From Takakia lepidozioides (lineage: Eukaryota; Plantae; Bryophyta), in assembly GCA_030704615.1 (NCBI GenBank), contig CM060732.1, forward strand, positions 34,286,001 through 34,350,000: a stretch of DNA of 64,000 bases. The letters are read 5' to 3'. The position numbers were made by a program, and so were the translations under genes. Shown here piece after piece: positions 24,101-35,985 of this stretch (position 1 is the first letter of the stretch; each line of letters starts with the position of its first letter). The notes below the pieces were generated by a model that worked only from the letters and a program-made list of their open reading frames with translations, did not search any database and had not been told where the DNA came from.

Positions 24101-27013
24101 GGCCATGATGCGAGTTGTGTACAGGTGCAATATCATACTGGAAACTCTACTGCACTTTTTGAGAAATCATTAGGCTTGATTAGCAGTGTAATCATAGATC
24201 CAAAAAGAATGTCGTTGACGACATTCATTTCTATGTATGTGTCATTCTAAAGCGAGAATTTGAATTTACCTGGATTAGGAGCTTAGGGTGTATTTATAGT
24301 GTCATTGATTGGAATTTTGTGAATGGCATTGATGACATTCACATCCAGAGTTGTTAAGAGGTCCTCAGAGTTATGTACGTTTTTAATGTCCATTGAGTTT
24401 TTAGTGAGGGTTCCTCACTCGAGTTTGCTGAATGTCGTTGTCGACATTTAGTTTCTATGCAATGTTTTTGCCTCTTGTGAGAAATCTTGAGGCTTGATTA
24501 GCAGTGCAATTAGAGATCCAAAGTGAATGTCGTTGATGACATTCACTTCTATGTCTGTGTCATTCACCAACGAGAATTTGAATTAACCTGGATTAGGAGC
24601 TTAGGGTGTATTTATAGTGTCCTTGATCGGAATTTTGTGAATGGGGTTGACGACATTCACATCCAGAGTTGTTATGAGGTCCTCAATGTTATGTACGTTT
24701 TGAATGTCCATTAAGTTTTTAGTGAGGGTTCCTCACTGGATTTTTTCTGAATGTCGTTGCTGACATTCAGTTTCTATGCAATGATTTTTTCTCTTTTGAG
24801 AAATCATTAGGCTTGATTAGCAGTGTAATCAGAGATCCAGAGATCAGTGTAATCAGAGATGTATGTGTCATTCCAAATCGAGAGTTTGCATTCACCTGGA
24901 TTAGGAACTTAGGGTGTATTGGTAGTATCCTTGAATGGAATTTTGTGAATGGCGTTGACGACATTCACATCCAGAGCTGTCGCGTGGTCCTGAGAGCTCC
25001 TTAGAGCAGTTCTCAGCGCCATTTCATTCCTTGATTTTTTCATTATGTGTTACTTGCATCTTACTCATTTCGCGCTTTGGTAGGTTGGGTTTTATCTCCT
25101 GTTTCACAGATACCCGAAATATGTGCTTATGGATGGAAATCATCTGAGCGGTATTCTAGACTATCTTGACATGTGGTCGGACCCTGCAAACGATCCAACC
25201 ATGTACACTGCAGGGATATTGAAGGATCGGAGTCCTTCTCACTTCAGAAATTGTGGCTGGTACCTTGACTGCCCACCGGAGCACACGACCTTTCAAGAAC
25301 AACACATGAAATATTTGAACAATAATGCTGAGATGCTGGCGCCTCTGACTGACGAGCAGTACCAAAGAAACATATAAAAATTGGCTGCCAAGGAGCCTGA
25401 TGCTCAGGGAACGCCGCAGAAGGGCAAGAAGGCGGGGCGCAAACCAAAAGACAAGGCTCCTGATGTCATAGTCATCTCACCAGCAAAGCCAAAGGACAAA
25501 GACAAGTCTAAGGACAAGGAGAAGGAAAATGACAAGGGGAAAGAGAAAGAAAAAGAGATGGAGAAGGAAAATGAGAGTGGGCAGGACATCACTGCTGGAA
25601 GGTATACCCGCACAGTTCAGTGCGTGTTCGATGCCAAGCCACACCCTTCCCGTTCTGATTCGGCAGGAGAGATTAAAATTGTCAATGAGGGTTGGCTGGC
25701 GATGATGTAGAGTCGAAAGAGAGGATTAAACTGGGGTGCCTTTGCCTACCTGGGACAACATAATCTCATTCCTCAATCTGGTGATAATTCAAGTTTCTTT
25801 CTTTTTTATCTGTAAGTTTCATTGACAGTATTTCAGTTTGGTTCTTTGAAAACATTCTTGCCATAGTTCTTAAAATAAACATGTCTGTTGCAGGTGAGCA
25901 CTGGTCCCACCTTCGTGTGCGGTGTGCAGAAAATATTTGCGGCTGACATTGTCATTCTCGACATCCCAGATGGCCAGGTTGTGCCAAAAGTTCTTCCAAA
26001 GGGCAAGACGCCAAGCTGGAACAAATTCGAGGATAACTACTGGAGTTGGGTGTTCGGGTTCTGTAATAATTTCCTCTCTGATGTAGGGACATTTCTGTTT
26101 TTTCAGTCATGTGACAAAGACAGTCATCGGGCATTGGCATCATACCTGAAGTCTTATGGGTTTGAAGTTTTGCGCATATGGAATTGTGTGAACAGCCTCT
26201 ACCTTGTGAAAGGGGGTTTCCCTGGTCAGCTGGTATGCCGTATCCCTTCTGCTTGTGCTTTCATGATGAGTTTCAATGTTCTCTGCAGCTCCACTCTAGA
26301 AGAATTTGTAATGATCGACACCGATCATCACAGATTCGTGACAAAACAGATTGTTTTATGCCTGCATTCTGAATAGCCAATGTACAAATTTCCACTATAG
26401 CTTGTGTTTACCACCCTAACCTGCAATCTTTGGCAGACGAGGATGTTCGAGACGATCTGCCTGCGGAGGATTCGCACCTCAAAGACACCATCCTCCGTCC
26501 GCAGCTTTGAGATTTCTGACCAAGGTTGTTTCGTCAACCCCCCCTATGAGCCGCATGTCGATGACATTTTGTACAACTTCATGCAGTCCAGTCAGACTCT
26601 CAAGAGACCAGATGGCACTCCCTGGAGAGGTGCAAAGGAAAAATCCCCAGCGTTCATGCAAATACTGCTGGAGTCATGCAGCCACCACTCCGCATGGGTG
26701 GTTGATCTTTCTGTGTCCACAGGTTCGTTCTCTCCCTTCCAAATTGATTTTCTTTCACCAGTTCCATCTGCTTAAATCCCCCCCCCACCAAACTGTTCAT
26801 GTCCTCCTGTCTGGTGCAGGAGCAACTTACCATGCATCCAAGGCAGGCGGAAGAAGCATTTTTGGCATGGAGGGTGATTCTGACCTCTACAAGACAGTGC
26901 TCCTCCCCCTTTTGTCTAGCTCCACTTCAGGCACACAGACTGATAGGATTCAAATTCAAAATGATGACGATCCCGAAGATAAGCAGGTCGACAACGACTT
27001 TTCATGTGAGTAA
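21196..27013 (+). pseudogene. Multi-exon gene: ParB/Srx-like N-terminal domain, helical middle, K/E-rich linker, beta-class N4C/N6A DNA methyltransferase-like C-terminus
   Basis: IPLCRM..VVRP..DFVHGY then (after a frameshift) MFYVWDDNHRLLAW at ~22845-22887, a DGxHR-type ParB motif. ADIVILDIPDG at ~25942-25974 occupies the motif IV (DPPY) position. RGAKEKSPAFMQILLESCS..WVVDLSVSTG / intron 26723-26819 / ATYHASKAGGRSIFGMEGD corresponds to motifs X-I-II. GT-AG introns; several premature stops. Confidence 0.78.
24161..24995. repeat. ~318-bp tandem repeat, ~2.6 copies, intronic
   Basis: Units start GAGAAATC..AGGCTTGATTAGCAGTG at 24161, 24479 and 24798. Confidence 0.9.
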
Positions 27014-27449
27014 GTGTTAAACCCACTTTGGGAGCCATACTCAATTTTTGAATAACATCAAAGTTACAGTAATAACTTTTTCAGGCTGTCTTTCAAGAAA
27101 GGCAGCGGTGGATCTTCAGGAGATACAGTCATTTGTGGCGAGTGTTTTCGACAGCCCCCTTTCCAATTTTCTACTTCATGTATATGCCAAAGCAATGGCA
27201 CTTCACACGGCTGAGTCCCTATCCCCTGATTTTTTATTGCCCAACCGTAGGTGTAGCCAACGTAGATCCGGAGTTCTTAAATACTTAGACTTAGATGCAG
27301 AGGAAGTGGGGATACATTGTACTGACTCTGAGTCAGACTGAACTATGTTATTTTAATATTCTGTTTCATCCTCTTTGGAAAACGTTGAATCCCCTTCCTC
27401 CATCGTAGTTGTTCCTTTAGAAAAAAAAGATCAAAGAATCAACTTTTAT

Positions 27450-27810
27450 TTAAATTGCAATATGTATGAATCCATCTCACAAACCTCCCTCACTCTTGTC
27501 ATATCCATTGTGCATTTATCTACAGTGTATTCATGCGTGCTCCATTCATGAATGTTTTCCTTTTGTTCAACATCTATTGTACATTCATCCAAACCTACCA
27601 CACTCATGTCATATACGTTGTGCATTCGTCTAAAGTGTATTCATGCATCCTCATGTCATGAATGTTTTCCATTGTTCATCATCCATTATACATTCATCCA
27701 TTTGACTCTTATCCATCCCTTATTCATCCATCTACATTCATTTTTCACACTCATCCATCTGTTTATCATCCATTTGTACATTCATCCATCCTTTATTCAT
27801 CTGTTGCTTT
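27450..27810. repeat. CATTCATCC-rich low-complexity repeat
   Basis: Repeated cattcatcc/catcca words; the same word class occurs inverted at 52430-53010. Confidence 0.6.
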
Positions 27811-28582
27811 TAGGTGGGAATGACCATTGCCTTTAATTATGTCGTCCACCTTGTTTCCACGGTAAAGGGTGCCAATCCGCGGGAATACACTCCACTTCTT
27901 CTTTGGCGCGTGGTGACGCGGCCTTCAAGTGCGATGACGTGGAGTGAGTCCCGTGATGTGGCATTGGCGCAAGGTGACATGGCGTGAGCGCAGTTGCGCT
28001 CACGTGACTAGGCTCATGCCGAGGCATCCCTCAGTTGTTTCCAGCTCTATGAGATTGAACACACTCGAATGGAATTTTGGTTTGATTTCAACGATTCTAG
28101 CCGTTGTGCAATCTGTGTGGATGTTTTACTCATGCGGTGTAGGAAAGCGTATAGAATCTTGGACTCCGGAGGCCTCATTGACAGAGAATGCATGACGGAG
28201 TTGAAGCAAGGTTGTGAGTGTGAAGCAAAAAAGGAGGTAGAAAGTGATATTAGAGCGTGATGCAAATGCACTTCTTTTGTTTGCAGATTCCCACCTTCTT
28301 GAAAGTGGGCTCATATTGTTTCTACTCTATTTTCTTCTGAACGTTGTGTCATCATCTGCTCCTGATATAAGTTGAGTCACATTGAGACAGCGCGGACGCT
28401 AGAAAGACGTGATCAATGGTGTCTCAAAGTCGCGACGATGTCGTCGGAAGCTCTGGCCCAAAAGAACCCTCTAGAGGAAAACGGCTCATGGAGAACGTCA
28501 TGGTCTCTCCAACTAGTGAAAAGGATGTTGGAAGCTCAGGCGATGCAATTTCACCTCCATTGCAATCGAGAGACTTACTGAG

Positions 28583-29160
28583 CATGTGCCTACTAGGTAA
28601 AGGTCTATGTGGCATTGTGTATGAGATGAAATGGAAATGAGAGAGGTATGCAAGAAAAGATTTCGTAAAATTACCGAGGGAGATTTATCTCCAGGAGGCC
28701 TTTGCTTTGTTATATCTTTTAAGGAGACCAGGAAGAATTCAGCTGTTCCTAGCACATCTAACCCATTGACTTGTCCTCCGTCTCTCGATCTCTGGAAAGC
28801 TCTTGACATCACGTTGGAGATTGCCATAGGCATGCGTACCTACATCAGCAGCAAATAGTGCACGGAGATCTTAAACCTAGAAATATTCTAGTTACTCATT
28901 CAGTAGAGGGAGAAAAGTTAGTGAAAGTGGCTGATTTTGGTTCAATTCAGACCAAAAGCAAGAGTATGTTTTAATTTGTTTCACATCGGGCACGTATGTT
29001 TGACATGGCTCAATGGAAATCTCCAGAACATTTAAAGATGTGTGCTCTTGACAAGAAGTCTTAAGATTCAGATTCAAACGAAGACGAAGACGAAGACCTG
29101 ACAAGTGATCATTTACGGGATGATGGTGAATTTCTACGCAGAGCTGATGTCTACAGCTTT
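28583..29160 (+). pseudogene. Protein kinase pseudogene (non-RD, HGDLKPRN)
   Basis: LLGKGLCGIVYEMKW (subdomain I); ALDITLEIAIGM then (frameshift) YLHQQQIVHGDLKPRNILV; VKVADFG; RADVYSF. Stops and frameshifts present. Confidence 0.85.
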
Positions 29161-29663
29161 CAAAGAAAAAAAAAGACAACAGACTGAAAGAGAAAACGAA
29201 AGAGAAAGTTTTATTCTATCGAAAAACTCACACAGAAAGACAATTGACAAAGAGTAGGACACAGAAAGACTACTGAAAAGAACTAAAAAACATTGTCAAA
29301 GAACCGAAAGGACAGAGAAACATAAACAAGCAACAGAAACAAAGAAGAAACACAGAAATGAAGGTAAAAGAGCAAAACTGAGAGACATTTCTATTGTCTG
29401 CAAACAATAACGGAAGAAAGAGAAGAAAATGATCATCGTTTTTTTATATTTATAGGGAATAAATGAGGTGCAGTCTAAAAAGAATGAATGAAAAATAATT
29501 GGATGAAAACAAAATGAAAAGTTGCTATTTATTAACCTTATCCCACACACTTTTTGAATTGGTACTAATTCACGAAGGTTTATTTTCTCATGCGTATACA
29601 TATCGCTACACAACTATATCGTTGTCCAAAACCATACAACGCATGTGCACACCAAACATTAGT

Positions 29664-29794
29664 CTATCACTAGTCCACCACTAGTGCGCACCACTAGGCC
29701 GCCACTAGACGACCACTACTCACCACTAGTGCAGCCACTAGTCCACCACTAGGCTGCCATTAGCCACCACTAGTGTAGCCACTAGTCCATCACA
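29664..29794 (-). repeat. Right inverted ACTAGTGG array ending GCCACTAGTCCATCACA
   Basis: Reverse complement starts TGTGATGGACTAGTGGC, the same as position 6161. Confidence 0.85.
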
Positions 29795-30979
29795 ATAGAT
29801 AAGGAAAGAGAATGATACAAGCATACAAGCTCTCTCAAATTCACACACTTGCACATGAAAACATCACTAATATATTAAGTCGAGCCAAGTGCACCCCACG
29901 CCATGGGGAATCCACACTCTGGCGCCATAGCTAGACGCGGTGAGGCTCAACTCGAGAAAGATGAGCCCACTGCAATCTGTCGTGAAGATAACAACACCAA
30001 GTGCCCAAACATGTATTGGTCTTTGGATTGATACTTGGGTCAATCCCAAATGTCAATATATAAAAGCTAGCTATTTCCTACTAGTGGTAAAATAACTTGA
30101 CAGCTGTCGTGCGTATATATATCGCTACACAACTACATCGCTGTCCAAAACCACAAAACACATATGCACACCAAGCAGGGTGATTGCAGCCTACAGTATC
30201 ATTTTTTTGACGTAAATGCGTCATTTTTCCTGTACATAGTTTGTTGGTTTTTATCTACAATCTTATATTTCTATGAAATTTCTTAAAAGGGACTCACAAC
30301 ATTGTACCTATCTACATATAGTATCTACCTTCTCAGACTTGCCACCAAAAACTGTTATTTGTAGAAGTGATGGACTTTATGAAAAGTCCATAAGCTTTTG
30401 TTACAGTCCATAAAAAAAACTTGTTATGGACTCATTATCTGTTAGATTTTGTAACATAATTGGATTAAGGGACTTGGCCCTCCCTTGCTATTATGATAAA
30501 GAATCTAGTGTGAGAGTTTTTTTAATGATTAAACTAAATTAATGTACCTTATCAACCTACCAATAACGGCCATTTTCATAAAGTCCTTTATAATATGAAA
30601 ACCAAAACACCCCATGAACTGTCTTCATTAAATACAACCTTTTATTATAGATGAAGGGTGGCCCAAGGTCAAATTTTCAAAAACATGTACTTTTGTGATT
30701 ATGGTCAAGTTTGGATTACGTCACCGACGACACATGACGGCATATATCCTCCATAACATCTTTCTTTTTCCTATTTGAAATGACAGTATGCCAACAATAG
30801 ACGTGCCACATGATATAGTGCAAGTGAATCCATGTTTTGGTTTTTTTTTCACGATTTTTGTTTTTTTATCTTATGTACTTTTATGTAGGCCACATCTTCA
30901 ACACTTGATCTTTTGGCGGCTGACTTAACTGAGTTCAAACATGAACAATGTAGCTCATAGCAGCAAGTAGCAGAGCTGG

Positions 30980-31590
30980 TCATGGGCAAAGAGGTGCATG
31001 GGGATATCATCAAAGCTGGAATTGTACCAAACGTCATTCTGAACACTGCCCTGGCAGCCCTGGAAAAGAGGAAAGAGGTCCATGGCGACATCTTCAGAGC
31101 TGGAATCGTACCAGATTTCATTTTGAACAACACCCTGGTGGACATGTTTGCAAAATGTGGGTGCATCTAGGATGCAAATGGAGTGTTCAACACTATGGCT
31201 GAACAAGATGTGGCGTCGTGCAAGCCTGGCAGCCCTAGAGAAGGGCAAAGAGGTGCATGGGGATATCGTCAAAGCTGGAAAGTACCAATGTCATTCTAAA
31301 CATTGCCCTGGCAGCTCTAGAAAAGGGGAAAGAGGTCCATGGCGACATCTTCAAAGCTGGAATTGTACCAGATGTCATTTTGAACAACACCCTTGTGGAC
31401 ATGTTTGCAAAATGTGGGTGCATCTAGGATGCAAAGGGAGTGTTCAACACTATGGCTGAACAAGATGTGTCGTCATGCAAGCCTAGTAGCCCTAGAGAAG
31501 GGCAAAGATGTGCATGGGGATATCGTCAAAGCTGGAAAGTACCAAATGTCATTCTAAACACTGCCCTGGTAGCTCTGGAAAAGGGGAAAA
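30980..31590 (+). pseudogene. PLS-class PPR fragments, tandemly duplicated
   Basis: GKEVHGDIIKAGIVP, LNNTLVDMFAKCGCI*DA, VFNTMAEQDV. Confidence 0.9.
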
Positions 31591-31607
31591 AATTTGGTGG
31601 TGTGGAA

Positions 31608-31796
31608 GCAGGGGTGACTTCGCCCATGGTATATATAGGCATTCTGTTCATTGCATGGCACGTGGAGGACCATGAGTTGCATGGTCTCAATTACCTGCAC
31701 ATGGGGGCGACCTGGTATGCGGTGCTCGAAGATGCAGCCCCTGCTCTTGAAGAAACTGTGCAAGTTCATGGTAATGCGGCCAAATTGATCCACGAG
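31608..31796 (+). pseudogene. JmjC histone demethylase exon fragment (REF6/ELF6/KDM4-type)
   Basis: [35 protein letters not shown] with the HxE ligands; ends at a GT donor. Confidence 0.88.
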
Positions 31797-32489
31797 GTAG
31801 TTCACTTTGCATTACACACAACTTTCATTGTTGGCTCCCTCCAGCAAATGCCCTTGTGTGAACAGAGTTGGTCTGCGAGATCTATGTCTTGATTTGAACT
31901 CTTTTGGGTATCAGGGTTTTGAGATGGATGCACCTTGATGTATACTAGGAAATAGGATGGTTTGAGGGGCACACACTATAGATGTGGAACTTCAGTTATC
32001 ACTGAGATCCAGGTTTAAATTCAGACTGATCAGTACAACAGATTGCGGCTTTTACGACTCCCATGGGTGCGCAGTCATGACAGATTTGTGGCAGAAATGC
32101 CATTTGCAGTTGTAAAATGCTTTTGAAGTCATAATGCAGGTCTGGGGAAGGCGTATATGCGACTGCATGGCTCCGGACTCTGTGGAACACAGGTCAAACA
32201 TGTTTGACCACGAATATTGGCATGGCAGATATGACTACCAGTCACGGTCATGGCTACACTAGAATGACGTGTGTATATTGCTAGAAAGACATATGACTTC
32301 ATGACTCTCACTCTAATGCATTCTGCCAGATCATCACATGGATGAATCACTACATGACTGCACATGTCAACACATGCTTTTCTGGTTATATATATAATAT
32401 ATGAGTATTTATATTTTGAAAAAACGGAGACTCTGACCACTAGAATCAATTTTTTTTTAAAATGTAATTAAAAAAAAAAAAAAAAAACA

Positions 32490-32699
32490 CATCGGCTGGT
32501 AAGTGCACAGTGTGTCGCCCTGGTGGTTTGGGGTTCAAACCCGCTACCTTATCCCGTGTGTGGGATTGTTCGTGACAGTATGTCTGGGTGTTGATCGTCC
32601 TGTACGTCTTATGGCCCATAAATGAAGGCGGGTGAATTTTCCCCCCTCCTCAAGGACCTGTGGTTTCCTTTAAGAAAAGAAAAAAAAGAAAAAAAAAAT
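32490..32699 (+). mobile_element. SINE-like element (B-box, A-rich tail)
   Basis: GGTTCAAACCC at ~32532 and a 3' A-run; related sequence on the minus strand at 45240-45395. Confidence 0.5.
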
Positions 32700-32942
32700 C
32701 AAAGAGGGGCTTTTAGGGTTTACAAAAAGGTTAAAAAACTTAAAAAGTTGCCCATCACGGTAGCGTGAACAGACTTAGAGCGAGCGGGAGGGAGAGAGAG
32801 AGAGGGTTGGGACTTAGAGCGAGCGAGCGGGAGAGAGGGCAAACATGCATGGGAGGCCCGCAGTTGGATCAACCTTCGCATTTGGAGCAAGCAACCCTAG
32901 AAACGCTACGGTATGTGTGCGAGGAGGTTTCGGCTGGGAGCC

Positions 32943-33860
32943 CGCCGTTCTTGGGAGAGTCAGCTTCGTCTTAGCAGGCCGTGTTTCAATCTCTACCCGC
33001 TCGGCCCTGATTTTACAGCACGGAGCAGAGCTGGCATGAGTTTCTAAAAGATCCTTCACGATGGTGGGACAACCGCAATCGCAAGGTGTGGCTTTTTCTT
33101 AATGTACGATGTGAAGAAGTTTGTCCATCCTGCAAATGTGGGTTGTTGGCTCCTGTTAGTACCATGATTTGGTATTCTTCCTGATGTTTACAAGGTTCTT
33201 GGGAGAGTTAGCTTGGTCTTAGCAGGCCGTGTTTCAATCTCTGCCCACTCAGCTGCACCGTGGTGGTTCTCACTGACCAATCCGACATTACCTGACTACA
33301 GAAACAAGCAGCACACTGAAGAGGTCCTCTTGGGTTCATGGTCAGTCAAATCCTCCATGGGCCATGACACAAGGTCGAGGACAATGTGGTGAGGGCACCT
33401 TCTTCTTCGACCTATTTCAGCCTGTTTTGCCCTCTCATCAGACTCGGCCCTTCATTTGCAGCACGGAGCAGAGTTGGCATGAGATTTTTAAAGATCCTTC
33501 ACGATGGTGCGACAACCGCAATGGCAAGGTGTGGCTTTTCCTTAATGTACGATGTGAAGAAGTTTGTCCATCCTGCAAATGTGGGCTGTTGGCTCCTGTT
33601 AGTACCATGATTTGGTATTCTTCCTGATGTTTCAAGGTTCTTGGGAGAGTCAGCTTGGTCTTAGCAGGCCGTGTTTCAATCTCTGCCTGCTCATCTGCAC
33701 CGTGCTGGTTCTCACAGACCAATCCGACATTACCTGACTACAAGACACAAGCAGCACACACAAGAGGTCCTTTTGGGTTGATGGTCGGTCAAATCCTCTA
33801 TGGGTTCTTCTTCGACCTATTTCAGCCTGTTTTGCCCTCTCATCAGACTCGGCCTTGAGA
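32943..33860 (+). pseudogene. Tandemly repeated (~443 bp) OSB-type PDF-motif gene fragments
   Basis: EQSWHEIFKDPSRW(W/C)DNRN(R/G)K followed by a GT donor and later TNPTLPDY.., matching the LWxxxFxxPxxWWDNR..NPxxPDF PDF motif. Confidence 0.7.
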
Positions 33861-34319
33861 TGCATATTGAATTATGTAAGTTAGCTCGTTGCTCATTGAT
33901 AAGTAGGGTTGGGGGTGTTTGCTGGAATGATTGTTGTATGCATGATTTTGTGCAGAGGCATAGATAGCTGAAGGAGCAGGGATAGAGTGTGGAAGAGGGC
34001 CAGATTTCAAGCTCCAGATTATCTATGATTCCCTGTGGAAGGATAGATACAAGAAACCTGCATGGGTAGATGGTCAATTGGAAGCCGCAGCAGCAGCAGC
34101 ACAATTGATACAATCAAGCACTGCTAATGAAGGCACCTTCTGAAACACATTTCACCCTATTTTCCCCTCTTATCAGAATCGGCCCTAAATTTTCATGTTC
34201 AATTCTGCAAGTTAGCTGGTTGAGTGAATCTAGTTGGAGTGACTTTGACATGATACTGCCAATGTGACAAGAGTATGCATTGAACCCATTGGTAGCGGGA
34301 TATTGGGATATCTCTTGGC

Positions 34320-35330
34320 CATGTGCCATCGTCAAAGCTGAAACTGTACTAGTTGTCATTCTGACCACTGCCCTAGTGGACATGTATGCCAAATGTGGGT
34401 GCAACAAGCCTGATGCAAAGGGAGAGTTCGACAACATGGCTAAATGAGATGTGGTGTTGTGGACTGCCATGATTGTAAGGTGTGTGTAGCATAGGTGTGG
34501 GAGTAAGGCTTTGGAAACCTAAGAACAAATGATGTGGGAAAGGATGAAGCCAAACCAGGTCATGTTCATTTGTGTTTGTTAATATGCATATGCGAGCCTA
34601 GCAGCCCTGGGAAGGGGCCAAGAGGTTCATGGTGACATCATCAAAGCTGGAATTGTACCTGATGTCATTCTGAACATTCCCCTGGTGTACATGTATGTCA
34701 AATGCGAGCTTGGTAGCCCTGGAAAGGACGCAAAGGTCCATTATCAAATCTGGAATTGTACCACTAGATGTCACTCTAAACACTGCCTTGGTGGATATGT
34801 ATGTCAAATGCACGCCTGGCAGCCCTGAAAAAGGGTACAGAGGTCCACGGTGATATTGTCAAAGCTGGTATTGTATTTGATGTGATTCTGAACGTTGCCG
34901 TAGTGGACATGTATGCCAAGGTTGCAGGGTGCAACTACAAGGATACATGGTTGTTTTGATAATATGGCTGAATGAGATGTGGTACCAGCCTAGCCCATAA
35001 TTGCACTTACCTAGAGTAGGCAATGAGTGAAGACGGGTTTGTGATGTTGATCGTCCAAGCTGGAATTAAACAAATGTTGTTCTGAACTATGCCCTTGTGG
35101 ACTTGTATGCCAAATTGGGGTGCATGGAGGATGATGATCCCAGGATATGCACAACAGCGGCACGGGATGGAGGCCCTTTGGAGAGGTCTATGAGCAAGTG
35201 GTGTGGGAAGGGATACTGCAGCGCAACCACATCGCGTTTGTTACATTTGCAACATGTGTGCAAGCCTGGCAGCCCTGCAAAATAGCAAAGAGGTTCGTGG
35301 TGGAATTGTACTAGATGTCGATCTGAACTT
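34320..35330 (+). pseudogene. Degenerate PLS-class PPR fragments
   Basis: TALVDMYAKCG, VHGDIIKAGIVPDVILN, ALVDLYAKLG with stops and frameshifts. Confidence 0.8.
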
Positions 35331-35890
35331 TGACATGATGCCAATGTGACAACAGGAAAGTATCCAGAAACAGGTCACAGAGACGAGGAGAAGTTGTGGA
35401 ATGGTGGGACAACCGAGGGAAAAAGGTTAATGCCTGTTAGATTATAGAGGGCAGACGCAATTCAGCATAGGAACTAGTGTGATAAGCTGAGTTGGGTGTT
35501 TCCTAGAACAAATGTAGGCTGTCATTATCAGCTGCAAGGCAAGGAAGTATGCATGATTTGTGCAGAAGCAGTGATAGCTGAAAGAGCAGGGATAGAGTAT
35601 GGGTCCAGATTCATCCAAGAGGGCCAGATTTCAAGCACATGATTACCTATGATTACCTGTGGATTTAGCTATAAGAAACCTGCATGGGTAGATGGTGAAC
35701 TGGAAGCCGCAGGAGTAGCGGCACAATTGATAAAATCAAGCACTGCTAATAAAGGCACCTTCTTCAACACATTTCACCCTGTTTTTCCCTCTTATCAGAA
35801 CCGGCCCTAAATTTCAATGTCTGCAAGTTAGCTGGTTGAGTGAATCTAGTTTGGAGTGACTTTGACATGATATTGCCAATGTGACAACAG

Positions 35891-35985
35891 GAAAGTATCG
35901 AAAAACAGTTAACGGAGATGAGGGGAAGCTGTGGAATGAATACTTTTCTGACCCCAGTCAATGGTGGGACAACCGAGGCAAAAAG
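35891..35985 (+). pseudogene. OSB PDF-motif exon fragment
   Basis: DEGKLWNEYFSDPSQWWDNRGKK bounded by AG and GT; a deleted copy lies at ~35385-35425. Confidence 0.8.

Noticed and set aside
21196-27013. Bacterial contamination as the source of the ParB-MTase
   Set aside because: Spliceosomal introns interrupt the conserved motifs and the flanks are plant TEs.
31440-31892. Functional PPR-JmjC fusion protein
   Set aside because: JmjC has internal deletions, the PPR part is frameshifted with stops, and copy B differs at the junction.
32490-32560. tRNA gene
   Set aside because: B-box present but no cloverleaf or clear A-box; treated as SINE-like.
32712-32722. Telomeric TTTAGGG
   Set aside because: Single unit only.
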